Below, piece by piece: positions 12,696 to 27,547 of a stretch of 64,000 nucleotides of DNA. Source of the DNA: Eledone cirrhosa. Lineage: Eukaryota. The stretch spans positions 188,108,001 to 188,172,000 of the forward strand of contig OZ024740.1 in NCBI GenBank assembly GCA_964016885.1, read 5' to 3'. Under the pieces are notes generated by a model, which had not been told where the DNA came from, ran no database searches, and was given only the letters and a program-made list of their open reading frames with translations. Numbering within the stretch: position 1 is the first letter of the stretch; each line of letters begins with the position of its first letter. Made by a program: the position numbers and the translations under genes.

Positions 12696-14812
12696 AATAT
12701 CTTGGCAGATCTTTGTAGACACTGTCACAAATATATGTACAAAACACACCCCACCAAAACCTGTGAACAAAACCAAGTGCAGTATCCCCCAAGACAGAAA
12801 AACAATTATCAGAAAAATAAAAAGAACAAACAAAAAAATTAACACAGTAAAATACTGCCAATAGCAACACACACATTCAATGGCTATCACCCTGTTTGAG
12901 TAAAAAAAATATAACCTCCAACCATGTATGATGACGATCATCAATAACCAGAGAATAGCTGAAGAGAGGTGGGCCATTGAGAAAATCAAACTCAACCCCA
13001 AAGTGTTCTTCTCATTCGCTAAAAAACACAAGGTTACTGTCTCCACAGTTGGCCCCCGAGTTGATGAAAATGGCACACTCCAGGACAATGCCAAAACCAA
13101 GGGCGAGATACTGCAGAAACAATACTGCTCTGTTATCAGCAACCCTGATATGGACGATCTGGGCCGTATCAGTCATATTAGCCCCCAACACACTGTATCA
13201 GACATAACGTTTGGCGCCCCTGATGTCTTAGCGGCAATACACAAAATTAAACACATTTCAGCAGTAGGCCCCGACAGGTTCCCTGCTTGTGTCCTGAAGG
13301 TGTGTCGACACCAACTTGCAACTCCTCTTGCTAATCTGTGGAGGAACTCACTGGACACTGGCTATATTCCTGAAAACTTTCTGTCCCAGTCCGTTGTCCC
13401 AGTTTTCAAATAGGGAAATAAGTCCCTTGCAGTCAACTACCGTCCGATCTCACTCACCTCTCATATTATCAAGGTATTTGAGAGGGTGATGAGATCACGA
13501 ATAACCCACTTTCTTGAAAGCAACAGCCTGCTGAACTCCAACCAACATGGGTTCAGTAATGGAAGGGACTGCCTAACGCAGTTCCTGCATCACTTTGACG
13601 ATGTTTTGAGAGCCAACTGATGTCAGCTACCTTGACTTCAGCAAGGCCTTCGACAGGGTTGATCATAAGATTCTACTGAAAAAAACTATCCAATATTGGT
13701 GTCTCTGGAAGGTTACTACAATGGATCAAATGTTTACTGACAGGCAGAACCCAGCATGTTGTAATCAAAGGAGTAAAATCATGTCCTGCCAAAGTCAGCA
13801 GTGGCGTCCCACAAGGCACTGTGTTCGGCCCACTTCTTTTCATCATCTACATTAATGACATTACTGACATCATCAAACACAGCAACATCAGAATCTTCGC
13901 AGATGATTCCAAGCTCCAAAGGGTCATCAATTAGGTGGGTGACCGGAGTTGCTTTCAGTCAGACCTACTGGCTGTTATCCAATGGGCAACAATGAATAAT
14001 ATGCTGTTGAATGAGGATAAATTTGAACTAATCCACTTTGGAAAAAAGCATGCCCTGAAAATACCATACTCTCTTCCTTTGGGTGAAATTCTAGTAGCTT
14101 CCAATAACATCAGAGACCTGGGAGTAATTGTGGACAATATAAGCTGGGCCACTCATATAAACAGCAATGTTCATATGGCCTGCAGAATGTGTTCCCGGAT
14201 TCTTAGAACTTTCCAGTCGAGATATATCCACACTGTTGTCCTTCTCTTCTCCACTTTTGCCCGACCACACCTTGAATACTATTGTCCACTGTGGTCACCC
14301 CACATGAAAGTTGAAGCACCCCAAAGGTCAATTACAAAAAAGGGTAGATGGCATGATAGGCCTTGACTATTGGGTTCGATTAGAAAAGCTCAAACTGCAT
14401 TCTCTTCAATGTCGCTGTGAGCGCTACGTTATCTGTATGATGTGGAAAATATTCCATCAGCTGATCCAAAATGATGTTGGCATGACCTTTAGTGTACACC
14501 CAAGGCTTGAGCCCCGTGCTATCCGCCCACGACAAAAAATCCCACTCGCATCACATAACAAAAATACGGCACAATTATTTCACCTCAATTGGCCCTGCAC
14601 TCTTTGACATTACACCAAAACACATCAAAGGAGAGACAGACCCCATCAAGTTCAAGAAGTCTTTGGATAAATTCCTTCAAGAAATCCCGGATAAGCCTCC
14701 TACACCCGGATATGCCTCCGTAAACAATAACTCTCTGCTCGAGTGGGCCATGATGCCCAAACACTGATTTGTAAGACATGGCCTGGGCCAATACTGGCCG
14801 GAACCTATCAAA
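12696..14812 (+). mobile_element. Decayed Jockey-group (CR1/L2-like) LINE RT region
   Basis: Across frames: [59 protein letters not shown]; has stops and frameshifts. Confidence 0.88.
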
Positions 14813-14820
14813 GTTATATA

Positions 14821-15522
14821 TATAATGGAAATGAGTAAAATCGAACCTCTGGCAGTTTGCAAGTAAATTCGGCCTACTTATATGAAATGATGAGTTAGCA
14901 AAACACTCGATAAGATAGGACCTTAGAGTAATAACATACGTTTAAATAGCTTGACAAATAGCTTGACAAATAGCTTGACAAATCGAACATTGTGGTAGGC
15001 GAAACTAACCCCCAATATATACCAAAGTACCTATAGAACAAATCAGGTTCAGAAAAGTACACCTGGACAAATCAAACGAACAATCATTTAAAGTGTTTCT
15101 TTGAATCCGAAATCAAATATCAGACTTACATGAATGGCAAGCTCATGGTATTGGTGATCGAACGGAGGATTCAGTTTATTAACAGGTATTTCATTCTGCC
15201 TAGGACCGGAGTGATAAATTATATGTTGCTGCTCCATGCGGCTGCTAATCTTATCTATAGTTATCACGTATTAATTCCGGCAAGGGAAATAACCCCCGGT
15301 TTTAGGCGGGTCATTCAAAATGCTAGCGAAAGGAAATATTTTAATTTCCACTAATCATCATGATAAGCTCTCAACTAGATGTTATAAAACAAACACAAAT
15401 AATTAACCAATCAACAGAATTGTCTAATTAAATTAATTAGTTAAATATTAAATCTAGGAGAATAATATAATTGGAAATCAGTAAAATCGAATCTCTGGCG
15501 GTTTGCAAGTAAATTTGGCCTA

Positions 15523-15524
<2 letters not shown>
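14821..15524. repeat. Non-coding insert bounded by ~58-bp imperfect direct repeats (period ~646)
   Basis: ...gtaaaatcgaa(c/t)ctctggc(a/g)gtttgcaagtaaatt(c/t)ggcctact at 14821-14878 and 15466-15524. Confidence 0.75.
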
Positions 15525-15605
<81 letters not shown>

Positions 15606-15971
15606 TTTTTCATTGTCTTCGACATACCTATTCTTTATTCTCTCCTCCTTTTTTCCCCAGAACATTCTTTCATACACTATGATTAGAAACTGTTGTATAG
15701 ATTTTACTTTCAAAGCCTGACTGGCTTTACTCACTCCTTCTTTGTCTACCTGCAAGTTCAGCCACCCCTACCTCCCACCAAATGTCATGAAAGATCTACT
15801 TGACTTTACAACAAAATTTGAACAATCCTCTTGACAATTAGAATCTTCCCATATAAGGAGGTACCCCTTGATAAGTTAGGGTATTTATTTACCAGGCTAA
15901 AAATTCTAATTTAGTCCTGAAATAGCCTTTGAAACGGCTTGAGCTCTGCCGTCAATGCCTTATCTTTTCCT

Positions 15972-18141
<2,170 letters not shown>

Positions 18142-18152
18142 CCATACATATA

Positions 18153-18221
<69 letters not shown>

Positions 18222-18222
18222 C

Positions 18223-18272
<50 letters not shown>

Positions 18273-18377
18273 CATATATATATATACATATATATATATA
18301 CATATATATACATATATATATATATACATATACATATATATATATATACATATATATATATACATATATATATATAC

Positions 18378-18422
<45 letters not shown>

Positions 18423-18437
18423 CATATATATATATAC

Positions 18438-18544
<107 letters not shown>

Positions 18545-18553
18545 TATAAATAT

Positions 18554-21010
18554 ATTTCTATGACCTTTTCTGTTTCTAACTGAAATTTCAATACTTATAA
18601 AGCTCCCAAGGGAATGATCGTAGCATATTCTACATCGTTATGAGATTGGCACCTTCCAGCCCTTTTTAAGTCGAGCACTCTCCAGTCATAGTATTTTAAA
18701 CCAATACCGAATATGGACAAATACCCATTGGACTACTCTGTAAAGAATATCCCAACACCTTCTAATACTCTATACACGAAAATACTGATAGACAAAGTAG
18801 AGAAGGTTGTTAAAAGAATGGGATGGAAAGCTTTGATTCTCGATGGTCAATTTAACACGGATTCTACTGAACATTTTGACATTAAAACTCATAAATACCC
18901 GCAAAGAGTAAAAGATATGACCGCCTTTGAATTAGATCTAGTTAACCTTATCAACAACATCAAATTTCGTAAGTACTCTAACCCCTTTCAATCCAAATTA
19001 TCTAATGATATTTCTACTTTCAAATCTTCTAATAATAAGTTCATCTTCTCAGATAAAACTAAAAACCTATATGAAGTTAATAATAATTTACACGACCAAC
19101 TATTAATAGATAATATCACCTCTAAATACCAAATAGCTAATATAAATACGTACCATAATATAAATAAGGAAGCTAAAGAATTAGCTTTTTCTTTAAAAAT
19201 AGATAATAGGACAGAAAAACTTGCTAAACGTTCTGCGTATATCACCCTTAAAGATCATAAACCCGACTTTATTAATCGACCTAGTTGTAGACTAATCAAC
19301 CCTGCTAAGACTGATATTGGTCTTGCCAGTAAAAAAATTTTAAATAAATTAAATACACACATTAGAAGTAAGTCTAAATTACTCCAATGGATAAACAGCT
19401 CTTCCGTAATACATTGGTTTAATAACATTAAAAACAAAATCAGTTCTAGATTCACCCAATTCGATATCGTAGATTTCTATCCATCTATTACTCAGACCCT
19501 TTTAGTGATAGCTTTAAATTTCGCTAGAGGGTTCACTAACATCTCCGATATTGAAGAGGACGTAATCTTGCATGCTAGGAACACTCTACTTTTTAATGAT
19601 AATGACACTTGGGTAAAAATATTTGTCGATAATTTCATTTATTTTCACTTTTATTTAATTTTTATTTATTTTTTATTTATTTTTACTTCACCCCCCCCCC
19701 CTTTATTCTCCGATCCACTTCCTATTTTCTATTTTTTACTTCCCCTTCTTTTACTTCCCTTTTTCCTCTACTAACTGATTATACTTGTCTTTTGTGTTTT
19801 TCAATCCAGATATATTTCTCATTTTTATTTTTATTTTATTTTTGCGCAGCCTATCTTACAATTTTATATTTGTATTTATTTATCCACATTTCAATATGGC
19901 TGAACGCCTTAATGTGTGTATAAATTTTTTTTTTTTTTTTTTTGTTTATATATGTACATGAGTGACTACGTATGTGCGCGCGCGTGCGTGCATGTATGTG
20001 TGTATATATATATATATATATGTACGTGTATGTATGCGTGTACTGGTGTTTGTGTGTGTGCGTGTGTGTATATTATGCGTATGTGTAAGTGTCTTTATAT
20101 CCGTGTTTTTGATATTTCGGTTTTATATTTTTTTGTTTGTTTCTTGCTTTTTTCTTCTCCCCCCCCCCCCCCCCCTTCCCTCTTCTGTTATTTACCCAGT
20201 TTCATACATGGGCATGCAAACAGGTTTATATGCGCGAGTATAAGTATGTGTGTGTGTGTGTGTCTGTATGTACGTATCGAACGCATGGAAGTGTAAGCGC
20301 GTGTGTGTATATAAGCATAATTATTTTTACATTTCTTTTGTGAGACACGCGTGTCTGTGTATGTATGTACCCCCGCTTTTTTTGTTTTCTTTAATTTTTC
20401 TTTCTATCTTGTCTTTCTAATTTATCGTTACTATATTTTTATAGATATATCGTAATAGATACTTTTCTTTTATTTATTATACTCTCTTCATCTCCTTACT
20501 TTCCGTATCTAAATGTACGAGTGTCCAGCCGTTTTTTATGCGCGCGACTTTATTTTCTTATTTTTACGAAGTAACCATTTCCGTCTGCATAATACAGACA
20601 TATAGATACATTTGCCCTAAACTTTTATTTTTATAATTACGCACACTTTCTAACCATACATTTACATGTACACATATACATATATGCACATCTGTGAGCG
20701 TATATACATACACATACACACACCTAACTATTTTTCTTGATAGATTTTTATATATTTCAATTTCTATTTCATTTATCTATATATTTTTTTGATTTTCTTG
20801 ATATGTTTTTCTAAGTATTTGCCCATGTTTTATATTGCCTCGTCTGACGAACGAATGAAGTCGTTTATTTCGTATTCGCCTCATTCGGGAAACCTCTGGT
20901 AATGAGGTAATAATATTGTATTGATTTTATACATTAAATTTTGCTCTGATACTGACATAGAGCACTCTTCATTTCTATGACCTTTTCTGTTTCTAACTGA
21001 AATTTCAATA

Positions 21011-21016
<6 letters not shown>
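18554..21016 (+). mobile_element. Internally deleted Penelope-like element with 46-bp terminal direct repeat (pseudo-LTR overlap) and HHR
   Basis: atttctatgaccttttc...atacttata at 18554-18599 and 20971-21016. ORF from 18713 has PLE N-terminal/RT motifs (YSVKNIP, SDKTKN, RLINP, FDIVDFYPSI) and breaks off at ~19620. Confidence 0.88.
20833..20912 (+). ncRNA. Type I hammerhead ribozyme
   Basis: tattgcctcgt-CTGACGA-a-cgaatga...tcattcg-g-GAAA-cc-tct-gg-TA-atgaggtaata; 11-bp stem I (2 G-U pairs), 7-bp stem II. Confidence 0.88.
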
Positions 21017-21080
<64 letters not shown>

Positions 21081-21176
21081 TATACATATATACATATATA
21101 TATATATACATATATATATATACATATATATATATACATATATATATATACATATATATATATACATATATATATG

Positions 21177-22625
21177 AATCAATAGATGAAATATGAATCT
21201 GCGAGCTACCAAGCACCCACGTGAAGCGCCAACCCAGAGACCCTCCCCTACGAGTGTCGACAAATGCCCAAAACTCCGAGTTGGTACCATCAATGTAGGC
21301 TCAATGAAAGGAAGAGCAGGAGAAATCGTAGAAATGCTAGAGCGAAAGGAAGTTGATGTATGCTGTGTGCAAGAGACTACATGGAGAGGAGAGTCTGCTA
21401 GAGTCCTTGTAGGAAAAAGTCAGTGTTACAAATTTTTCTGGGTGGGAAATGACGATGGGATGGGTGGTGTAGGTATACTATTAGCTGACAAGTGGATAGA
21501 TAAAGTAATCTCAGTGTACAGGGTAAATGCAAGAATCATTAAACTCAGATTAGTCCTGAATAAGACAATTACCACAATAATATCAGCTTACGCACCCCAA
21601 TCGGGGCTGCCAGACGAACTTAAGGATAGGTTTTACGAGTCCCTAAGGCACACTACTGCTCTAACAAATGACAATGACTTCCTAATCATCGCAGGAGATT
21701 TTAACGGACACGTAGGTAAACACAGCGACGGCTTCAATAGAGTACATGGAGGCCATGGAGTTGGCACAAGGAATGGGTGTTCAGAAAGTACAATAACTAG
21801 GGTAAGAACGGGATGGAAGAAGTTTAGGGAACTACTACCACTGCTAGCTGCAAAAGGCTTCTCCCTCAGAATGAAAGGCAGACTGTATGATGCGTGTATC
21901 CGAACAGCGATGTTGCATGGTAGTGAGACCTGGGCGCTGAAGGTGGAAGACTTACGTAGATTAGAGAGAAACGAAGCCTGCATGCTCCGATGGATGTGTA
22001 ACAGTAATATACGTGAACGACAAAGCATAAATGAATTGAGAGAGAGACTGAGCATAAGAGGAATCAAATGCTGTGTGCAGGAGAGGCAGTTGCGCTGGTA
22101 TGGACATGTGATGCGTATGAAGGATGACAGCTGCATAAAAAGGTGCAGAGCACTAGAAGTTGATGGAAACCGCGGAGTGGGGAGACCCAAGATGACATGG
22201 GATGAGGTGATAAAAGCCGACCTTACCCAACTACACCTCTCAAAGACAATGACACACGACCGTGACTTCTGGTGTCACGCAGTAATACAGAGTACCCGAC
22301 CTCCCATGGGTACATGCTGAAGCATATAAACAATATGCCCCCCCCCCCCCCACCACAAGGTGGTCGTGGAGGTGCCACGTCAAAAAAGCACCCAGCCCAC
22401 ACTGTAAAGTGGACGTGTGGGCGCCACGAAAAAGCAACCAGCACTCACTGTAAATGAGGTTGGTGTTAGGAAGGGCATCCAGCTGTAGAAATCAAGTCAG
22501 ATCAGTTCCCGTATGAGCAAGGCATGGTCAGCCGACCAGACACTGCACACAATAGGACAACCCGTCTAACCCATGCTAGCGTGGAAGAACGGACGTAAAA
22601 CGGTGATGATGATGATGATGATGAT
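21177..22625 (+). mobile_element. Internally deleted RTE LINE: APE endonuclease fused in frame to the C-terminal region, no RT
   Basis: ORF 21193-22320: GTINVG, VQET, SAYAPQ, GDFNGHVG, then directly GCSESTITRVRTGWKKF...; 3' UTR and (TGA)n tail. Confidence 0.9.
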
Positions 22626-22634
22626 ATATATACA

Positions 22635-22698
<64 letters not shown>

Positions 22699-22719
22699 CA
22701 TATACATATATACATATAC

Positions 22720-23214
22720 AGCTTGAGATCGGTGTGGAAGTCGGACCTTCGTAAAGACCTTAAAATCCGCCTCTTCATTGCTTAGTGGAATCTGTGCTGT
22801 TGTATGGGTCTGAGTCTTGGAGACTGACCAAGAAACTAACTCCGATCGTGGATCGGTGCTATACGAGAATGCTGAAGATGGCTCTGAACAGTAATCAGTA
22901 TACACTGAGGATGGAAAACTCAGAGCTGTATGGGATCCTCCCAAATGTCAGCTCAAACTGATGCAGAGGAGACTGAGGTTAGCTGGACATGCTCACCGAC
23001 ATCCAGAGTTGATATTGCACTCAGTGCTCTTGTGGGAGCCCCTACAAGGACACACTGGAAGATGAAGACCAAAGTTAACGTATGTTCATGCGCTAAGGAC
23101 AGACACTGGTCTGTTAGAGACGCAGGACATGGTAGCGATAATGAGAGATAGAGACTGCTGGAGATAACTTGTCTGTGGATCTCGGGAAGTTTACCCGCCC
23201 TAGATAGATAGATA
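22720..23214 (+). mobile_element. Decayed 3' fragment of the 17143-18064 RTE family
   Basis: Aligns by eye with 17572-18060; (TAGA)n tail. Confidence 0.88.
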
Positions 23215-23252
23215 CATATATATATATTTAAATATATATATATACATATATA

Positions 23253-24827
23253 TCATCATCATCATCATCAACGTTTAACGTCCGTGTTCCACGCTTGCAT
23301 GGGTTTGGACGGGGGTAGTCCCACTTGAGGCAAGAGTGATTGTCTTGCTCGCATAGGACTGTCTGGCAGGTTTTCTACAGTTGGATGCCCTTCCTAACAC
23401 CAACCACATTTACAGTGTGGGTCTGGGAGGTTTTTACCGTGTTGCCTACACGGCCACATTACAGCGTGGACTGTGTGTTTTTTTGTCGTGACACCTACAC
23501 GATCTCATTTGTTTCGGCCCGGATGGCGCGGCACCAACATAACTTTACATAGGACGGGGTGGTGTGGATGGGGTGGGTGTGGTGGTGGTGGGACGGGGTG
23601 TATTTTGTTAGAGATGCCTACTGGCAAGGCGGGTCTTCTCTGTTACTGAGTACCGCCAAAGGTCTCGGTCCAGTGACATTGTCTTGGAGAGGTGTAAGTG
23701 TGTGAGGTCGGAGTTTATCAGCTCGTCCCAGGTTTTTCTAGGTCTGCCTATTCCGTGGCTACCGTCTATCTTTATTGCCCTGCACTTTGTTATACAGCTA
23801 TCGACTTTCATGCGCATCACGTGTCCATACCAACGTAGCCTTCTCTCGAGTAAACAACATCTGATCCCTCTTATCTCTAATTTTTTTCCTTAGTTCGTTT
23901 ATGCTTTGCCGTTCACGTATATTACTGTTACACATCCAGCGGAGCATGCAAGCTTCGTTCCTCTCTAGTCTGCGTATATCCTCTGCACACAATGCCCAGG
24001 TCTCACTGCCATGCAACATTGCTGTTCGTATGCAGGCATCGTACAACCTGCCTTTCATTTTTAGGGAGAACCCTTTAGCAGCTAATAGTGGTATAAGCTC
24101 TCTGAACTTTTTCCAACCAGTTCTGACTCTAGCTACAGTACTTTCAGAGCACCCTCCCCCACTGCTGATTTTATCGCCCAGGTAACGGAAGCTGTCCACT
24201 ATTTCTATAGAACCCTCTGCGCAATTGAAAGAGCTAGTATTGTGTGGGCACTTGCTGCTACTTATTGCACCAGAACACCGGCCACATGTAAAATCTATGT
24301 TCTTAGTTAGCTTACCTGTGATCCCACTACATCTTTTATGCACCCATACTTTGCATTTAGGACACAAAATGGAGTTTCTACCTACGCCTTTCCTACACAC
24401 CGAGCACGACCATTTCCCAGAAGGGACCGCCGCCTTGTTTTCTTTCCTACAAACTAGAACTTTGGTCTTAGCCAGGTTAATTTTAAGTCCTTTTGACTCT
24501 AGGCCGTGCTTCCATGTTTGGAATTTCTTCTCTAGCTCGGCCATTGATTCCGCTATGAGTGTCAGGTCGTCTGCGTATAGGAGTTCCCATGGGCAGCCTG
24601 TCTTGAACTCCTCTGTTATAGCCTGAAGGGCAATAATAAATAGTAGGGGGCTGAGAACAGAGCCCTGATGGACGCCAACTTTTACGCTAAACTCTTCACT
24701 ATATTCGTTGTTAATTCTAACCTTGCTGACTGTTTCTTTATACATGGCTTGTATAGCCCTCACAAGCCATTCGTCAACGCCTAGTTTTCTAAGAGCCCAC
24801 CAGATAATGGAGCGGGGGACTCTGTCG
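23253..24827 (-). mobile_element. RTE-clade LINE, 5'-truncated
   Basis: ORF FDRVPRSIIWWAL...YADDL...; near-identical to the 9595-12180 copy. Confidence 0.95.
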
Positions 24828-24831
24828 AATA

Positions 24832-24876
<45 letters not shown>

Positions 24877-25835
24877 ATAGTTTCGTTGACAAATACATCA
24901 ATGTGCCCAGGCACGCAGATATATTGCCCTTGGTATGACAGTATGGTTTTAGCCCAAGTAGGATAACTGGTATACTACAGTGCTGTTATAGGTTTAGGAA
25001 TAACCAAAGAGTGCTTAGAAATACATTGTTTTATTAGCTAACATTATTTCATCCATACCCTAAGGCAGGAATCATCAGAACCTATAAACAAGAGTATATC
25101 AATAGTTGCATGCTCCATCAGGCTGCGTCACCAGAACAAGGTTAAAGGACCGGCAGAGGGGGTCCCGAGACCAGCGCTATATAGAAAAAGACATAATACA
25201 TGACGCATATAATGTCATAAAATATCATAAAAAATGTCAAAGATCACATCAAAAAAATGTCAAAGATCACATCAAAAATTTATCACTTACATGGTGCAAT
25301 AGATGATAAGGTTGTTGGGAGAGGGTAGCAAGGAATGAGTGAAGGTGTTACTCAGCATGATCAAAAACAATAAAAAAACAATAAAAAACACAGAAACAAA
25401 AAAAACAACAAACAAAGCAAAGCATAGATACATCAAAGCACAAGCAGTGTAAATACAGGAGGTACAGGCAGATTAAGAGAGCTTGCAAGCATGAGTCTGT
25501 GAGAGGGATAGTTGCTTAGCAGTGGTGCAGCTTTACATCTAGGATTGTCTATAGGAAGGTTATATCGCCTTGTAACAGGTCGATCCTCCATATCTTATCA
25601 GCACCCTACAGACAACATCCATTGATTCCAGTTCCGAGCATTAGGCAAAGTAACACTATGTTTCCAAAACATATATTCCGGGGATTTATCCGGATAGACA
25701 GTCAGCAATGAACACCTAAAATCTAAAATAAAATGAAATACGATGATTTGAAGAAGGGTAGGATATATGTACAGCCTGCACTCCAGTGAGGAAATTGAAA
25801 ATGCGACAAGTCCGCAATAACCTATATATATATAC

Positions 25836-25869
<34 letters not shown>

Positions 25870-25920
25870 GTATATATACATATATATGTATATACATACA
25901 TATATATATACATATATATC

Positions 25921-26254
25921 ATTTCATTTCATTTTACGTCCACTTTTCCCTGCTTGCAAGTGTGGGACGGGAACTGATTCTGGCTTGATTTCTACAGCTG
26001 GATGCTCTTCCTAACACCAACCTCATTTACAGTGAGTGCTGGGTGCTTTTTTGCCGTGGCACCTCCACGACCACTTTACAGTGGAATGATAGGGGCCCAA
26101 GTCCCTATCATCTCATTTCTACAGCTGAGTAAACTGGAGCAATGTGAAATAAAGTGTCTTGTTCAAGGAAACAACACATCACCCGGTCTGAGAATTGAAC
26201 TCACAACCTTTCGATTGCAAGACCAATGCTCTAACCACTAAGCCATGTGCCTCC
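25921..26254 (-). mobile_element. tRNA-derived SINE, full length
   Basis: Same family as 9096-9432; head ggaggcacatggcttagtgg. Confidence 0.9.
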
Positions 26255-26340
26255 TTATATATATACATATATATATACATATATATATATGTCTATACAT
26301 ATATATATATATATGTATATACACATATATATATATATAT

Positions 26341-26421
<81 letters not shown>

Positions 26422-26440
26422 CCACACACACACATAAACT

Positions 26441-27126
26441 CTGATTTCGTCAGGGAAATGGTCATGTTCGATATGCAGAAAAGGAACTGGCATAAATTCT
26501 ATAAAATGCACCTCGGTACCTAGGAGATCAGATTAGCATGGGAGGGGGTGTTTCGAGGCCATATTGTCTAGAATAAGGATGGGTTGGAAGAAGTTTATGG
26601 AGCTGCTTCCTCTGCTGACGAAGAAAGGTTTCACCCTGCGTACGAATGACTGGTTATATTATGCCTGTGTGAGGACCACAATGCTGCATGGTAGTGAGAC
26701 ATGGGCAGCAACTCCAGAGGATATGCGACGGCTGGAGAGAAATGAAGCAAGCATGCTCCATTGGTTGTGCAATGTCAATGTTCGTGAATGACCCAGCATG
26801 AATGTGTTGAGAAAGAAACTGTGTCTGAGAGGGATAGAATGTAGTGTGCGTGAGAGGAGACTGAGGTGGTATGGACATGTGATGCGCATGGAAGATGACC
26901 GATGGGTGAAGAAGTGCCAGGAAATACCAGTTGAAGGAAGACATGGTAGAGGTAGACCACGAAAAACATGGGCGGAGGTGGTGAGAACAGACCTCAGATC
27001 GCTGAATCTCACAGTGGAGATGACGAAGGACCGTGACAAGTGGAGAGATGCTGTTCTGAATAAGACTCATCCCACCCTTGCAAGCAGGGAAAAGTGGACG
27101 TAAAATGATGATGATGATGATGATGA
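26441..27126 (+). mobile_element. Older RTE 3' fragment
   Basis: MLHGSETW, RRLRWYGHVMRM and RGRPRKTW motifs; (TGA)n tail. Confidence 0.88.
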
Positions 27127-27463
27127 TATATATATATATATATGGTGTACATATTCTCTGGTATTTTCAGTTTTCAGATTTCCATTATACATAAACATAT
27201 AAGAATATACATAAAAAAAAACAAACACATACAAATACTTAATTATCTCAAAAGTCATTCAACTCATGTGTATTACTAAACATATAACCAGATTATACAA
27301 TTTCAAATTAAATTGAAGCCCATAGTTCATCGGTTTGGTTCCTTGTTCTTAGTTGAATGTCTTTTTTAAATATAAAGTAAATCAAAGTGCACAGTAAACA
27401 TTGCTTGTCATTTCTATTTTTGGAATAGAATTTAATATTTATCTGACTATACTTTACAGCAAA

Positions 27464-27547
27464 CTAATATACATATTTTTAAAATGTGCTCTTTTTTCTT
27501 TCTTTTTCAGGTAAGTAACATCTTTTAGAATTCTGTTGGCGGTAAGA
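27464..27547 (+). promoter_or_regulatory. Candidate recursive splice site (AG|GTAAGT at 27510/27511) with 31-nt cryptic exon
   Basis: ctaat branch-like motif at 27464, ~20-nt pure pyrimidine tract, CAG|GTAAGT, downstream donor CG|GTAAGA at 27541/27542. Confidence 0.6.

Noticed and set aside
14975-15012. TTGACAA…GAAAC as a U3-A8 hammerhead
   Set aside because: No convincing stems I-III; TTGACAA comes from a 12-bp tandem repeat.
19620-19774. Hydrophobic C-terminus of the 353-aa ORF as a membrane anchor
   Set aside because: Read-through into T-rich 3' UTR after the internal deletion.
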